DNA from: Phoronis australis
Taxonomy: Eukaryota > Animalia > Phoronida
Direction of reading: 5' to 3'
Assembly (NCBI GenBank): GCA_002633005.1
Contig: NMRA01000240.1
Span: forward strand, 415,643-479,642
DNA: 64,000 bases
Part shown: positions 12,501 through 25,082 of the stretch, piece by piece
How positions within the stretch are numbered: the stretch's first letter is position 1
Layout: each line of letters begins with the position of its first letter
Notes under the pieces: generated by a model
What the model was told of the DNA's origin: nothing
Database searches by the model: none
What the model saw: only the letters and a program-made list of their open reading frames with translations
Program-made: the position numbers and the translations under genes

Positions 12501-15500
12501 TGGCACATTATCACATGTCTAGTTCTACCAATCAAAAGTGTCTCTTTCTCCAAGCCATCTCCATTGGGTTGGGTAATTAAAGCATGAATCTTAAGCCTGT
12601 GACCAGTTTGACCTTAATTTAAATGGCTTGCCTCATTGTAATCAAATGAGTAACATTTATTTGATTCAGGACGAAGAGCCTCTGGCTGATGATACTCATG
12701 AGACGAGATCGCAGACAAGAACTGTGGAAAGTCCTGGCCAGGTCAACGATGAGGAGCCTGCCAGTCGGGGAGCAACACCTGTAGAGGAGGCAAAGGAAAG
12801 ACAAGACACACCGGAAGGAAAGCCTGAGAGCCGGCCTGTTTCAGTGAAGGAGGAAAGAGATCCAACTCCAGAAGAGAAGACTAAGAGCCCAGAGCCATCT
12901 GCTGTGGAAGAGGAGTATAGTGAGGAGGTAAGAGACACCTGGTGTTTAAATGACGAAACTTGATCACCTTAATTGCATAACATTCAAAGCAACCCATTGG
13001 GTATGTTGAATTTGTGATAATTTCAAGATCATGTTTCACCAATGATGACTTGATTTGTGATAATGAAATGCCACAAAAGACTGTAAGTCTTATGCAACAC
13101 AATCTCTAAATATGCTTCACCAGTAAATTGTGTCGGAATGTCCCAGAACTGTGTGAAGATGCTATTTTGTCAGATATATACATGAAAATTTTCAAACATT
13201 CAGCTATAGTAGTAGATATAAGAATTGAGGTTACTATGGAGGACCAAGAAAAATGTCCAAATCTACCTAAGTTTGGAACATGATATCTCAAAATTAGCAG
13301 ATGGTATTCATATGAAACTTTCACACACCATGCTTTATACATTGGTCTCTTAAGTGATCTTAGCAATTGTGTTTAGAATGTTCTACTTTTGCAAGTGGAG
13401 CTTTCAAATATAAGTCTTTAAAGATTTTTTTGAAAAAAAATCAAAATTATGCATAAAATGAAAATGAAGTGATAAATTTGAATACCATAACAGCATTTTT
13501 GAAATTTTATCTAGAACATTGATATCATATTGATCCATGTCTTTGGTACCATTGTTTTGATCCATATCCTTGGTACCATTGTTTTCCTACTAAATTTTTG
13601 TAAAAAGACTTGGCCATGTTACCCAATTAGTGGCAGATTAGTACAAAATAAAAACTCAACTGATTTCTGCAGGGCAGCTTTCAACTTTCAGCATACTGAT
13701 GCTTTTACTGAGTCCATCATTTTTATATTTGATTAAATACATAGACTAGTAAAAAAATTCCTACATAATATACACAGATTTGTCAACAAGTTTCTGCGTA
13801 ACATTAAATGGAATACTGGAACTAAGGAATCACTTTTAGCAGCATTGCGTCCTTATCATGCAGTTGTCAGCTTGACTATTATTGTTTAGACCGAGTGATG
13901 GAGCTTTTGAGGTTCACGAAGTGCAGACAATGCGTGTCCTTAGTTTCAGTAGTCAGTTCTGTCTGATATTGCATTGTTACGAAGATATGCACCAGGTATT
14001 TTTATGTTGGCTGTTCTTATTAGTGTGCAAGTGTCTTACAATTTTGTTGGTATAAGTTGTGTGACTTTTGTTTTTTGCTCTCCCATTCCACAGGAACACA
14101 AAGCAGCCACCAAAATTCAGGCCACCTTCCGTGGTTATCAAACTCGTAAGCAGTTCAAGGAAGCTAAGGTATAAACTCACCTGACTGATGTGACGATCGA
14201 AAAATAGTCTTTTATAGTTTTTCTTGAGGTAGTGGGGTAGAATTTGACTAATTAAGTATAGGAAGGACAAGAAGACAATATTAAGATTTTAAAATTTTTA
14301 TCTATAATTATTGAGTTGGAACTATTCATGCATCCAGAAAGAAATTGACAAGTGAAACTTCAAGAAAAGGATTGATCATTACTAAGTGTAGTAGGAATTG
14401 GTAAGGGATTGTTTACCCTGACAAGTGTTTGAGGCAGTATTCATGGCCTCTTCATATCATGGTGGTCTTTTGTCACTTTACCCCCTTCTGAAGCTAAATG
14501 TTTGAGATCTGGTGATTGAAAGTAATGATGTTTTATTAAAGTGAGAATGCATGTTAGGGTCTCGGAAGTATGCAACTTCACAGTAAGATGACAAATTTGT
14601 TATGGAAAAAAGTAACCGCCAGGTGGCTCTATCCAAGACATAGGGCTAATATGGAAAATTTGAAAGTATTAAGTTTGTTTGTTTCAAAACTGTATCTATT
14701 TCTGGACAGTCAAAACATAACGGGATGTGCCACTGAAATTGGTTTACGTTCCAATGCAATAGTCACACTGCAGTTGTGATCCCAAGATGCACACATGCAC
14801 TTTCACTTTTAAATCCACATTGATGTGAGTGCATCAGGTCCTGTGTGACTGCCAATCTAGCTGATTATCCCATCACTTTCAAAACCCCTATGTTACCTCG
14901 TGTGCGTGTGTGTGTGTTCCACTCAGGGTGATGCGGGCACGCCACGTGAACTCTCCTCTAAAACTCAGGCTAAGGTTGACTCAGCTAAGGCGCGTGAGAG
15001 GGCAGCCGTTACTATACAGGCCGGTTACAAAGGTTACAAGACACGAAAAGATTTGAAAGAAAAGAACGTCCAGCCTTCTGCTGATGATTCTGAAACAACT
15101 GGTACTGATAACGAAGACGAGGCCGCAGTGAAAATTCAGGCTGCATACAGGGGTTACCAAACACGCAAGCAGTTGAAGGCCAATGATGACAATAATAATA
15201 ATGATGATGAAGGTGAAGCGGAGAAGAAGACTTCAGAAAAAGAAGATAAGGTAGTTAATTGAACACTGGTGCAGTCACGCTGTTGTGACTGATGTGTGAT
15301 CTTTTGTTTCTTATCATTTGCAGATTTTATTTGTATGCCTTGCACCATGCATGAATTCTTCATATTATTTCAGCAGACAATGCAATGTCTGGCAATGATC
15401 CAAGATTATCAATTATTTCAATAAAATGTCAAAGGACTAATGACACCAATATGATTCTGATCTCTTGATTGAATCTTCAGCTTGCACTCTACCTCTGCTT

Positions 15501-15978
15501 ATCATGGACATGCTCTGGAGATAAACACACAGAAGGCAATAAATACTACCTTCACAGTTTGTTAGAAGAATCTCAGTCAGGATTTGTATAAATTCTCTGA
15601 GATGCATTTATAATGAAATGCATGGTCTTCTAAGTGGGTTAAACATTTTTCTTTGTCTGGCCAAATTGGACTGGCATGTGTTTAAGTTGGGCGCAACAAT
15701 GTCATGCACTTGATCTCAGTGCAGTAAAATGCCTTGTGTTGTTGCAGGAGGAGAAGGCTGCTATTGCTATTCAAGCTGGTTTCCGTGGGTACAAAGTCAG
15801 GAAAGAGTTGAATGCTGCGAAACAATCTGACAACAAGGATGATGACAATGACCAAGTTGTTGATGATGTTGTTGAAGAAATTGCACTTGAGAATGACGTC
15901 AATGATGACCTATCTGAAATTGGTGGTGATGCCTTGGAGGCACCTGGTGATGAACCTCAGCAGGTACCAGCTCACTAA
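6507..15978 (+). CDS. DCDC2: Doublecortin domain-containing protein 2-like (5'-partial) with C-terminal IQ motifs; exons 6507-6586, 7198-7332, 8504-8656, 9674-9703 (optional), 10263-10370, 10648-10961, 11502-11623, 12670-12927, 14094-14168, 14927-15250, 15748-15978
   Basis: All junctions are GT-AG and phase-consistent (sum 1830 nt). The spliced product IVPVSHNRRIIVSGRAKR..CIWVYHNGD..GGCHKFYDLED..LLHGKTYIACG..LDY matches the DCDC2 linker and second DCX domain. DEGGVFKA..ETKGAKEVKE..TEVPVDQREAEEI matches the DCDC2 C-terminal motif as I recall it. The first DCX domain was not located. Confidence 0.8.
7198..7332 (+). CDS. DCDC2: DCDC2-like exon (DCX domain, N-terminal half)
   Basis: tgtag|G..CATAA|gtaagt; VYHNGDQFTPSKKVVIK..GGCH. 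Confidence 0.85.
8504..8656 (+). CDS. DCDC2: DCDC2-like exon (DCX domain, C-terminal half)
   Basis: Polypyrimidine tract + tag|G..AAAAG|gtaaac; FYDLEDP..GKTYIACG..RLDY. Confidence 0.85.
10263..10370 (+). CDS. DCDC2: DCDC2-like exon (LPP / Ser-rich)
   Basis: ttttag|A..GCAG|gtatga, phase 2-2. Confidence 0.75.
10648..10961 (+). CDS. DCDC2: DCDC2-like exon (K/E/P-rich disordered region)
   Basis: ttcag|A..AAAG|gtatga; lies within ORF 10637-10975. Confidence 0.8.
11502..11623 (+). CDS. DCDC2: DCDC2-like exon (conserved GVFKA...EVPVDQ motif)
   Basis: gctag|AT..GAG|gtgtgt. Confidence 0.85.
11884..12270. repeat. 35-bp intronic minisatellite (AATGTTATGACAGTAAAGTCACATTGTCACCGTCT) x~11
   Basis: Units at 11884, 11919 etc., head-to-tail. 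Confidence 0.9.
12670..12927 (+). CDS. DCDC2: DCDC2-like exon (acidic)
   Basis: ttcag|GAC..GAG|gtaaga, phase 0-0. Confidence 0.8.
14094..14168 (+). CDS. DCDC2: IQ-motif exon 1 (AATKIQATFRGYQTRKQ)
   Basis: ccacag|GAA..AAG|gtataa, phase 0-0. Confidence 0.8.
14927..15250 (+). CDS. DCDC2: IQ-motif exon 2 (two IQ motifs)
   Basis: ctcag|GGT..AAG|gtagtt; IQAGYKGYKTRK and IQAAYRGYQTRK. Confidence 0.8.
15748..15978 (+). CDS. DCDC2: Terminal coding exon with fourth IQ motif and acidic tail
   Basis: ttgcag|GAG..; IQAGFRGYKVRK; TAA at 15976-15978. Confidence 0.75.
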   Translation, partial: EEKAAIAIQAGFRGYKVRKELNAAKQSDNKDDDNDQVVDDVVEEIALENDVNDDLSEIGGDALEAPGDEPQQVPAH

Positions 15979-16002
15979 AGCCTGCTGTGTTTTCTTAATG
16001 CA

Positions 16003-17092
16003 TTTTTATGCGCCCACATATTTATATGTGGACGCATTATGCCGTCATCTCTGTCCGTCCGTCCGTCCGTCCGTCCGGGCGGCGTCCGTCCGGCGTCCGG
16101 CGTCCGCTGCTCTATCTCCAAAACCCTTTGACATACGTTCATGAAATTTGGCACATATGTTCCATTCATGAATGGGACGGCATGTGCGAACTTTCGGACG
16201 GATCCGACTACCGGTGTGCCCCCTAGTGGCAATTTTAGTTTTTTACGCTTACCTTTGTATCTTCAAAAGTCCTGAACGGATTTTCATGAAATTTGGTATG
16301 TAGGCACCTAGTAGTGAGATGACGCTATCCTGCCGTTTTCGGATGGATTCGACATAGTTTGCGCCACCTAGTGGCCATTTTTACTGTTTTCGAGTCTGTT
16401 TTTGTGCTTCCACCCCTCTATCAACCAAACCGCTCAAAGGATGATTGTGAAAATTGGCATGTATGTGCTTACTATAAGGAAGACAGCTGACAATGATTTT
16501 CAGACGATTTGGACTACTGTGGCGCCTCCTAGTGGCAGTTTTGTTTTTTTGCACCCATGGCTGTATCTCCCAAACCGTTCGCAGGATCTTTACTAAATTT
16601 AGCAAGTGTATTTATGTGATGTTGACAACGGACGATGACGACTTTAGGATGATTCTGATTACCGGTATGCCTCTAGTGGCAATTTTAGTATTTGCCTCTA
16701 GTGGCAATTTTAGTATTTTACATTGACCTCTGTATTTTCATAGGTCTTCAGGTGTATACTTTGTGTTACTTCGTGACTGTGAAGGAAAAGTTCCAAGTAG
16801 AAATTTGTTTCTGGCATTCTAATGCTGTGCTAATCTCGTATGTTGGTAAATTTGTTTTTAATTCTATGTTTCTGTGGTGCTTTAAGCAACTGGTGTATAG
16901 GATGTGCTTGTATTATGAAGATTACTCACATTTTGCCCCTAACCGCGGCTATTGAGGAGACAATGACCATGCCTTTCCATTTTGCAAAGCATGCCCTCTA
17001 CTGGCCACTTTATGGTACCAATAAACAACCCTAGAAGGATACCGTATGCGGTGCAATTGTGGGCGCATTTCAACGCTCCGCGTTGCTCTTGT
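16003..17092 (+). mobile_element. Helentron-associated non-autonomous element (HINE/DINE-1-like), family A
   Basis: T-run, sub-TIR TGCGCCCACA with nearby IR TGTGGACGCA, (GTCC)n microsatellite, ~145-160 bp internal repeats (CTAGTGGC motif), then 3' sub-TIR TGTGGGCGCA + hairpin CAACGC-TCC-GCGTTG + CTCTTGT. Confidence 0.8.
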
Positions 17093-18137
17093 AGTTTCTG
17101 CGTGTTGTGAGTTGTGTTTATCACCCATGCTCTGTTGATCTTGGAGCACTGCACACTTTTGAAGCACTAAGCAAATTGGAGAACGTAGGTCTGAGAAAAT
17201 TTTTTTATTTCTGCCGACCTAAAAATTTAAACTCTAGATGGGTTTTGTTGGGTTCCTTAAATGGTAGAATCAGTTTTTAAGGAATAGTGGCAATCTGATA
17301 CACTGTGTCTTGATTATCTGGCTACCAGTATAAAATGCCTATGACACCAAGTAGAACCAAATGTGTACAGTTACCAGGACTGAGTTATTTACTGTTCTTG
17401 TCATCCAATTTGGGTGTGTGCAACATTGTTGAGAGGATAAATTATAGATCAACTCGGCAAAAACGGGTAATGCCATGCTGTTGTATTTCTTATCTTGTTA
17501 TCTTCTCACCCTATAACTGATTTAACTACACTTGATTCACTCTTCTGTCATATCATCATATGCCACATCAACCATCAAGATTATTCGACTGGTTTTCTAT
17601 GATGACTTGCAATTCAAAAAGCAGTGGAGACCCACGGTCTAATCCCTCAATACAAACTTGTTCAAGCACATAGTACAGTTGAGGTACAGGCTGTTAAATT
17701 TACTCAAAACGTGCATTGCGATGATCAATTTTTGACCATGCGAATGAACTGGTTAGTGAATCAAGTGTAGTTTACTAATGTTTTGTTTCTGATTTCTAAG
17801 CAGATCTTGTTTTTCTAGGTGCGTTGTATTTCACATGATTTTATCAATTTTTTGATATTTGACAATGGTACTTGACAACACATAGAAAACAGTTTATTAA
17901 CTTGTTGGTTCATAACTTATTACTGCTTCTAGTTCATAGTCATTTTTGTTATGAAGTTGTATTTATGTACAAGTTGTCAGTATGAACAAGAGGTGGCGTT
18001 GGTGGTTTGACTAATGGTCATTAAGATTGGTAGCTCTTCTTTCTTATAAGAATTTGTGAGATGTAAAATATTGTTTTGTGAGCTATTTGTAAAGTACAGT
18101 CAATTTTTATTGTGACCTGTCTCCCTGTGTAATGTGT

Positions 18138-18143
18138 AATAAA
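18138..18143 (+). promoter_or_regulatory. Candidate poly(A) signal AATAAA of DCDC2-like 3' UTR (alternative at ~21124)
   Basis: AATAAA after a T-rich UTR-like stretch; not unique. Confidence 0.3.
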
Positions 18144-19775
18144 TGATAACTGTATCTTTGCAGTAGTTCAGTTCACAGCCTCTTGTGCTATGTTTCCTTC
18201 CTTGTAGTTTGTAACAAGGCCATGGTTTAGTTGTTTTGTGGAACACAATTCATGAATATGGCATGTTTTAGTGTTGTGAGACGTAACAATAGAGTGCTGC
18301 TTGTACTAAATCTTTTCTTTAACCAACTTTTCACTTTCAGTTTTGGGTGCATAAATAGATCCACGGACCTTCATGATATTGTGACCTTTATAGTTACTAA
18401 AAACTTTATACATGATTTTAATGTTTTTTTTTCTATGTCTAGGTATGGATCCAATATCTTTATGGGGTTTAACAATAAACATATACTTGGTGGTGTTTTA
18501 GTTATCACTTTATGTGAAACTCGGACACCAGAGTCTGGGTCCACTAATTTCACCCAACAGGATCAACACCTGTTTGGCACAAGTTGGCGTTTTTGCATGA
18601 TCTGGCAGGCTTCACATGTAAGTTGTTTTTTCAGAATGCATCAAAAGACACTAAATAAAGAGTAGAAGTGATGGACTTATGTATATGCAACTCCTGTACC
18701 ACACTGGATCTCGCCGAAGGAATGTGATGTTGGGATTTTCTGTTTACTTCTGTCTTTACGTTATCATGTGTGATGTTATTTTGAAATTCATTTCACTAAA
18801 CTGTGTGATGTCAGGTTATTATGAAGTCTTAAGATGGAATCATATGTTCGACTGGTGAGACCAAGTTCAATTCTCAACATTTTTTTGGAGTTTATGTTAG
18901 TAGTTTTATCACCTATCCTTGCAAGGGAGGTTATCGCCATCGTAGAACATGTGGCAAGGGAGATTATCACCTATGTTAGTATTATTGTTCAAGGATCAGT
19001 CCCATGTACTCACTGTGATAAATGTATTTGTGTGTGTGTAACCAGGTACTGGATATCTGGTGTTGTAAAAGCATGTAATGTTGTACATAGCCAGCTAGGT
19101 TGCGCGATTCTGGCATATCAGAGACCAAATATTTTTGTAATTGTGATTGTATATCTATATAATTATAAGAAATATTTAAATATATTCATTTCATTAACTA
19201 CATGTTGAACATTCCTGTGTATATGTAGACTTGCACAAATTTTGATTTTGACATTAACTTAGTGTCCTGTTTGGTTAGAGTTGCTTGCCAGACTTTTTGT
19301 TTTTACTTTTTTAGGATTTATAGGCTTTAACAAATTTAACATACGTTCCTCTTTATTTTATCTGAGAAAGTGTTATTTGAAGCAGAGCACTGGAATAATC
19401 AAAAAGTTAACTATAATATATAGCTTGAACATTTTATTAAATGTGTTGTTTTCAAAACAGAAATCAGTATCAATTGTTCATTTCAGTATTTTTGTTAAAT
19501 ATCTGTTGATTTTACCATGTTAAACATTATAATTTTACAATTGTATTTGTTAAGGCAGTTATTCCATGTGATCTAAGGATCTACCTCCAGCTTATGAGCT
19601 GTCATAAAGTACATCTTGCCACCAAAGTTGTCTTGTTGAAATTATTTATTATTACCAGCGTTTTGTATTTGTTGTCAGTGAGGAGTCAATCTCAAGCTTT
19701 TACTCAGACCCATAGCTTTGACATGTGGAGGTGAAAACTAGTCTTCTTGCATTTCTTGCTGGTACAACTTTTCAA

Positions 19776-20297
19776 GGTTATTTAGGACCCTCGGAAATTG
19801 TCAAATTTGTCTAACTTGGGAACACCATACCTCTGAAATGGCTGATCAGAGTCATATGAAACTTATGCACTGTTCTTAAAAACACTGTTGGAAATTGTTT
19901 TTAAAAGTTTCCAGTTTTGCGTGAGTGACTATCAAAAATAGAACTTTAACGATTTAATGACAAAAATCAAAAGTTGCATCAAACTAAAACGAAATGATGA
20001 TTTAGGAATCTAACAGTGTTTCTGAGATTTCATCTTAAACATTTATATTGAACAAAATTTGGTCATGTTATTGATACTGTTCTTTTGTTATGAGTCTACT
20101 TTTCTTTGCGATAAATTATACTAAAAAGACATTGTCATATTATCCAAATAATAGCACATTATTATTAAGTCATAAATCAAATTCTACAGGCTGTCTACTT
20201 TCAGAAAAGGTATTCTTTTAGTGATTTAATATCTATAGTTTTGTAGATATGTGGCTAAGGTAAATGCTTCAAAAAGTCAGAACAGTCCTACGTAACC
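19776..20297. mobile_element. ~520-bp Kolobok-type non-autonomous element / possible solo terminal direct repeat
   Basis: tcaa|GGTTATTTAGGAC ... GTCCTACGTAACC|ttaa. Related fragments at ~5100-5267 and ~13228-13450. Confidence 0.6.
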
Positions 20298-23200
20298 TTA
20301 AACCCTCATTTGTCATCTAAATGTTCACACGTCCCACACTGCACTCTGTGGTCCTCAAAATAATGTATTCTATAGATAAGTTGTATATTGGTCAACTTTT
20401 CTTGACCAACTACCCTTACTACGAGCCTGCTGCAGATGAAGTGTAGTTATTTCACAAGAAGTCATCAAACTCTACCAACTAGACATTAATGGATCTATTG
20501 GCCTACATAATTGATCTAAGACTTGCAATACTATTCAAGTTTAGAGCATACCTTTGTAGGCAAGGGTCACAATTTTCCATTCATTTTTCACACCAATTGC
20601 CTTTATGAAACCAGGATTTTCAAATACCTTATTGTCACAGGTTATGGCTTGTATGAAAATATTGTTCGTGCCTTAGCCATTACATTTCCATAAATTTGCG
20701 TGGGAAAATTTTCACTTTCTGTGTTCTGTTACCCTAAAAACTGCCAACGTGCACTTAATGTTTCGACCTTTTGGGAATGCTTGTGAAATTTTCAATTTGG
20801 ACAATTGGTGACTAGTATGGTGCCTCTTTCATTTTTGTATAGTTGTTAATCAAGAATTTGAAAACTGAATGTTTAAAAATATTTGAAAACTGTCTCCCTT
20901 AGTGGTGAAAGTGTTCATTTGTCTGAAGCTATAATAAGGCTAAATGTTAAAAATTGTTTAACAGTGAGCCAAAGGTGTTTCTCCTGACATATACCTTACT
21001 AGTATGAACTATGCCATTTTTCAGTACCTGTACATAGTTGTATCATATCAAGGTGCAATATACACAGAGTTGCATAGCTTTTTGGTTTGCACATTGTTAG
21101 CACCATGTTAATTGTGTTTTATTAATAAACTGACTAAACACAAGTGAGTTGTGCTCATCAAGAAATACTGCAACAGTTCACTGAAAAGGGATAGACACTA
21201 CGTGGCACATCATCTCTTGGTTACTGCGCTGTCGGATAGTACGTTCCTCAACTCTCAAACAAAACCTCATTAAGTTCCACAATCTTCCTGGCCATTGTAC
21301 ATATGTAATTATCCACTAATTTGATACTCTCCTTATTTAGCATTCCTAAAACAATTTGGAAAAATATTACTTCGTCTCAGTTAATTATTTGGCAGGAAGC
21401 TCCAAGGCAGGAATCTCTTGGCTCATCCAATTAGAACATGGTCAGTTTTGTAGGCAAGGGCCTACAGTTAATCCCAATAATGCATTAGTAAATTCTGAGC
21501 ACTGTATATTCACTACTTCATTTATCCATTCATGGTGGATATCTGGTGCTGTTGAAATGGGTTGAACTAGGTTGGCCATGTCTGCCTACTCAAGTCAGTT
21601 TGGAACTCGTTAACTATAAAGTCTGCATAATTATTCAGTTTCTTTCGCAAACCCAGACTATGGGAATCTTTTATTTTGTGGGAAACTTTTGTGGAGAATT
21701 ACAGTAAAACAGATTTATTTAACAAACACTCTTGTTGTGCAATGAACTTTAATAACAATTGTGAACTATCCTGATTTGAACACCGAACCACAACTTTTTA
21801 CTTTTGGTCGCAAAAATTGGTGCAAGAGGAAATTGCGCAATTACTATATCTAATTGGAATATGCAAAATTTTTACGTTATTGATACTGCCTCTGTTATTC
21901 ATTATGTCTCAAAAAATGAACGAGATACTCATGTCTGGAAAACAGTACTGATCTTAGTTTACTGGTCAATTTCACGTCAGGCCAATGAATTCGCAACTCT
22001 CAAAGGCAGTCTCACCAATTTCTCCTGAAATCTATAGGGTTTAAGTTCCAGGAGACACCTTTATATTCCGAGTTTGGTCAGCAGAGATTTGTGACTGATT
22101 TTTTTTCTGTTACTCCATCCAAATACCCAAACCGTTAAGTGGTTCCGAGAAAACTAGCTAATAACTAACAAGATGGAGAGGTGCCCACAGCTTGAGTAGA
22201 GAAGTGAGCGCGCAGTGGAGACATTCACAGCAGACTGTTTTTCTTGCTTTTATTAAAATCAATAAAGAATCTTTATCACAGGAAAGTGTATATTGAGATA
22301 TAAAATTTAATATCACAATAAATGACACAAAACTAGTCATGGAATAAACCAGCGCGCACTGCATGTCTTAAGTCCGTCAAACACCACATGACTACAGTGG
22401 AATCTCGCAAGGTAATGTGTAAATTGAAAAAAGCCTTGACCAACTGGTGCCACATTTTATCTCGCCAAAAGTATTTTAGTTGTGAAACTAGTAATAATTA
22501 AGCAAAACGTGTAGTATGCAGCAGACCATATACAACATCTACACATGGAATGTGAAACGCTCATACACATGCAAAACCAAAAAATCAAAAGAGGGGGACC
22601 ATCCCTGTATCTCAGTTGTCCTTAACAAAGTCCTGAGCACTACAGTAAAACACTTGCATTCATTTACCCTTGTGTAGACACATCTGAAGGCACACAAAAG
22701 GCCGCCACTGAATTGCATTTTAATAGCATCCCATACCCAACTGGATAAATTGGAAGGAAAGTAATGACTGGTGATCACAAAAAAAAACACCAGTAATAAG
22801 ATAGTGTTATTTTAAGCATACTATGAAATTCCATTAGCTTATTCTTTAGCACTAAGTATGTCTGAGAGTGATAAGACACAGTGGTCCTCGTCAATCTAAA
22901 CAAGCCTTTTGGAAGACTCAATCACAAACCTTCACATTTTGTGATTGGAAATTCGAAAGAAAAACAATTAGAGAAGTTTACCACATAACACGACAGCGTT
23001 TTTCCGTTCAGTGACTTTACCAGACGTAGAGGGTTGTGAGCGTGTGATAACATCTAGCTTCTTTGTTAACTGCCAAGCACGGACTTTTGTCTGTTATGAC
23101 AACAAGTAAGCTAATTATCTACCAGGCTTATTACAGACCACATGTGAACAGAGTTAAACTCAGAGTGAATTTGGTGTATTCGGAAAGAATAGATTGTCAT

Positions 23201-24116
23201 AACTTCGGTTGCAGTCGGGCGATTTTGACGATTCAAAAACTAAACATGATCACCATTTGACGAAGATTTCAGAAATTCTATTGGTTTATGTTCAAATATG
23301 ATATAACTTAACTTTTATTTTTAACAGCAAAGCCCAGTCAGGGTAGATAGGATCTTAGTGAAGATTAGAGCAATTATCGAACAAAAGAGAGCTGGCCTTC
23401 CAACCATAAATGGCAGAATGGAGTTAATCAGTTGTGTAAGATATTGGCTACAGGGGTAAGCTTCCCAACTTGTTGTTGGGCTATAGAATCGAACAAGTTA
23501 TGAGCAACGGGAAAGAGCCATAATGTAATGTCCCGTCATTTTGACAGACATAATATTTAGTAAGGTAAAGTCAGGAAGGAGCCTTAGTCGCTTGCACATT
23601 CCAACAGGTAATGACAAAACTTATGGATTTGGTCACATGATTTGAATGAGTGTTACATTACTGAGCTTGTTGCTTGCTGAACTCTATCACAACACATCCT
23701 GTTCAAAAATTATATGACACTAATATAAAAAAGTTACAAGTCATGGTATTACATATTAAAAGTAAGTCTGCCTCGGTTATTGCAAATTTTAACATACAGA
23801 TTTTAAAGGTACTTGATATACCTTTGTAATGAGTTTCTAATATATCACAAGACCAACTTGAAAATTCGTAAAAAAGAATTTTGCTAATCTATTATAACTC
23901 AATGTATTTAGAGACACTTTCAGTCATGTACTTTGTACAATTGTTTCTTAGTCATACTGACAACATGGTGTACTGGACGTCTGCTCAAGTGATTTAGTGT
24001 TGTTTTGTGATATTGTTTACACATGACCAAGTTACTTGTCATTGGACATTAATGAGCTGACATACATGCATTTGAAAACTGACAGTAGAATGGTAGAATT
24101 TCATTATACAAGCTCA

Positions 24117-24235
24117 CTATTCCCCACCATTCTGTAGGATGGGAGGTATATAACCAGATGCTGCAGCACTTGTAAGATGCGAGGCTCCACAGCCAGAGTC
24201 AAATGGCTTCTCAAGATCTGCACCTGGTTGATTCT
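24117..24235 (-). CDS. Orphan terminal coding exon (ENQPGADLEKPFDSG..YIPPILQNGGE*) of an unresolved minus-strand gene
   Basis: ccttttcag acceptor, phase 1, open to TAG. No homology recognised. Confidence 0.35.
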
Positions 24236-25082
24236 CTGAAAAGGCAATTAAATGGAGGTGTATAACATAATAAAATGACCATAACTGCAACAAAGACATC
24301 CACCTGACAAAGTACTGACCATTAATTGTTTGAATTAGCTTAGTAAGAGTCACACTGTCACAATTCAATTCCTACTGAATGGTTTAACATGCTTGAAATC
24401 AGGACCATTATACCATGGTGATGTACAGTGGCATGATGTACCAAGTTACAACTCTCAATAACAGCTTAGCTGTTTAAACCTTGTGTGAGTCACCTTAGCC
24501 CAAGCCTAGACTATGCCTACAGTAATGACAGGTCAGTGGAGCCACAGCACCCTTGCGAACAACTACCAGGCTACGGGATAGCTGGGCTGCAAAACTTTCT
24601 CCCTCAACATATGCACAGGCGCTATCGATAGTTTTGTGTTCTAATCAACTACATTCCCTTCTCACAATCTCAAGCACGTCCTTTCCATCAACAACAATTC
24701 AGTTCTTATTAATTCATTTTGTTAATCATTAAACGGTTTGAATAGGAATTCTTTCTCCATGATAGAAATCTTTTTCACAGAACACAGCATTACACCAGCA
24801 TTGCAAGCAGGCAAGATGCCTGTTCTTCAACTTAACAAAATAAATGACGTACAGCCATATATGCTTCTCTGAAATAGCTTGTATTCATGCTATCAATGAC
24901 GAGGGGAGTTTTGTTCGCTGTGAAAAGTTTAATGTTAAGCCCTAATCTGGAAAGTTCAGGGATGGCTTCACAATTAGCCAATTTAAACTAAGTTTCGCTG
25001 GCGCTCAAAATCTACCACTGTTTTGGTACTTCGAGTTTAAAAATAAAATAAAAAGATATCAACCCGTTCCCAGTAACAGAAA

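Noticed and set aside
10624-12938. Minus-strand ORFs 10624-10941 and 12696-12938
   Set aside because: Antisense shadows of low-complexity DCDC2-like exons.
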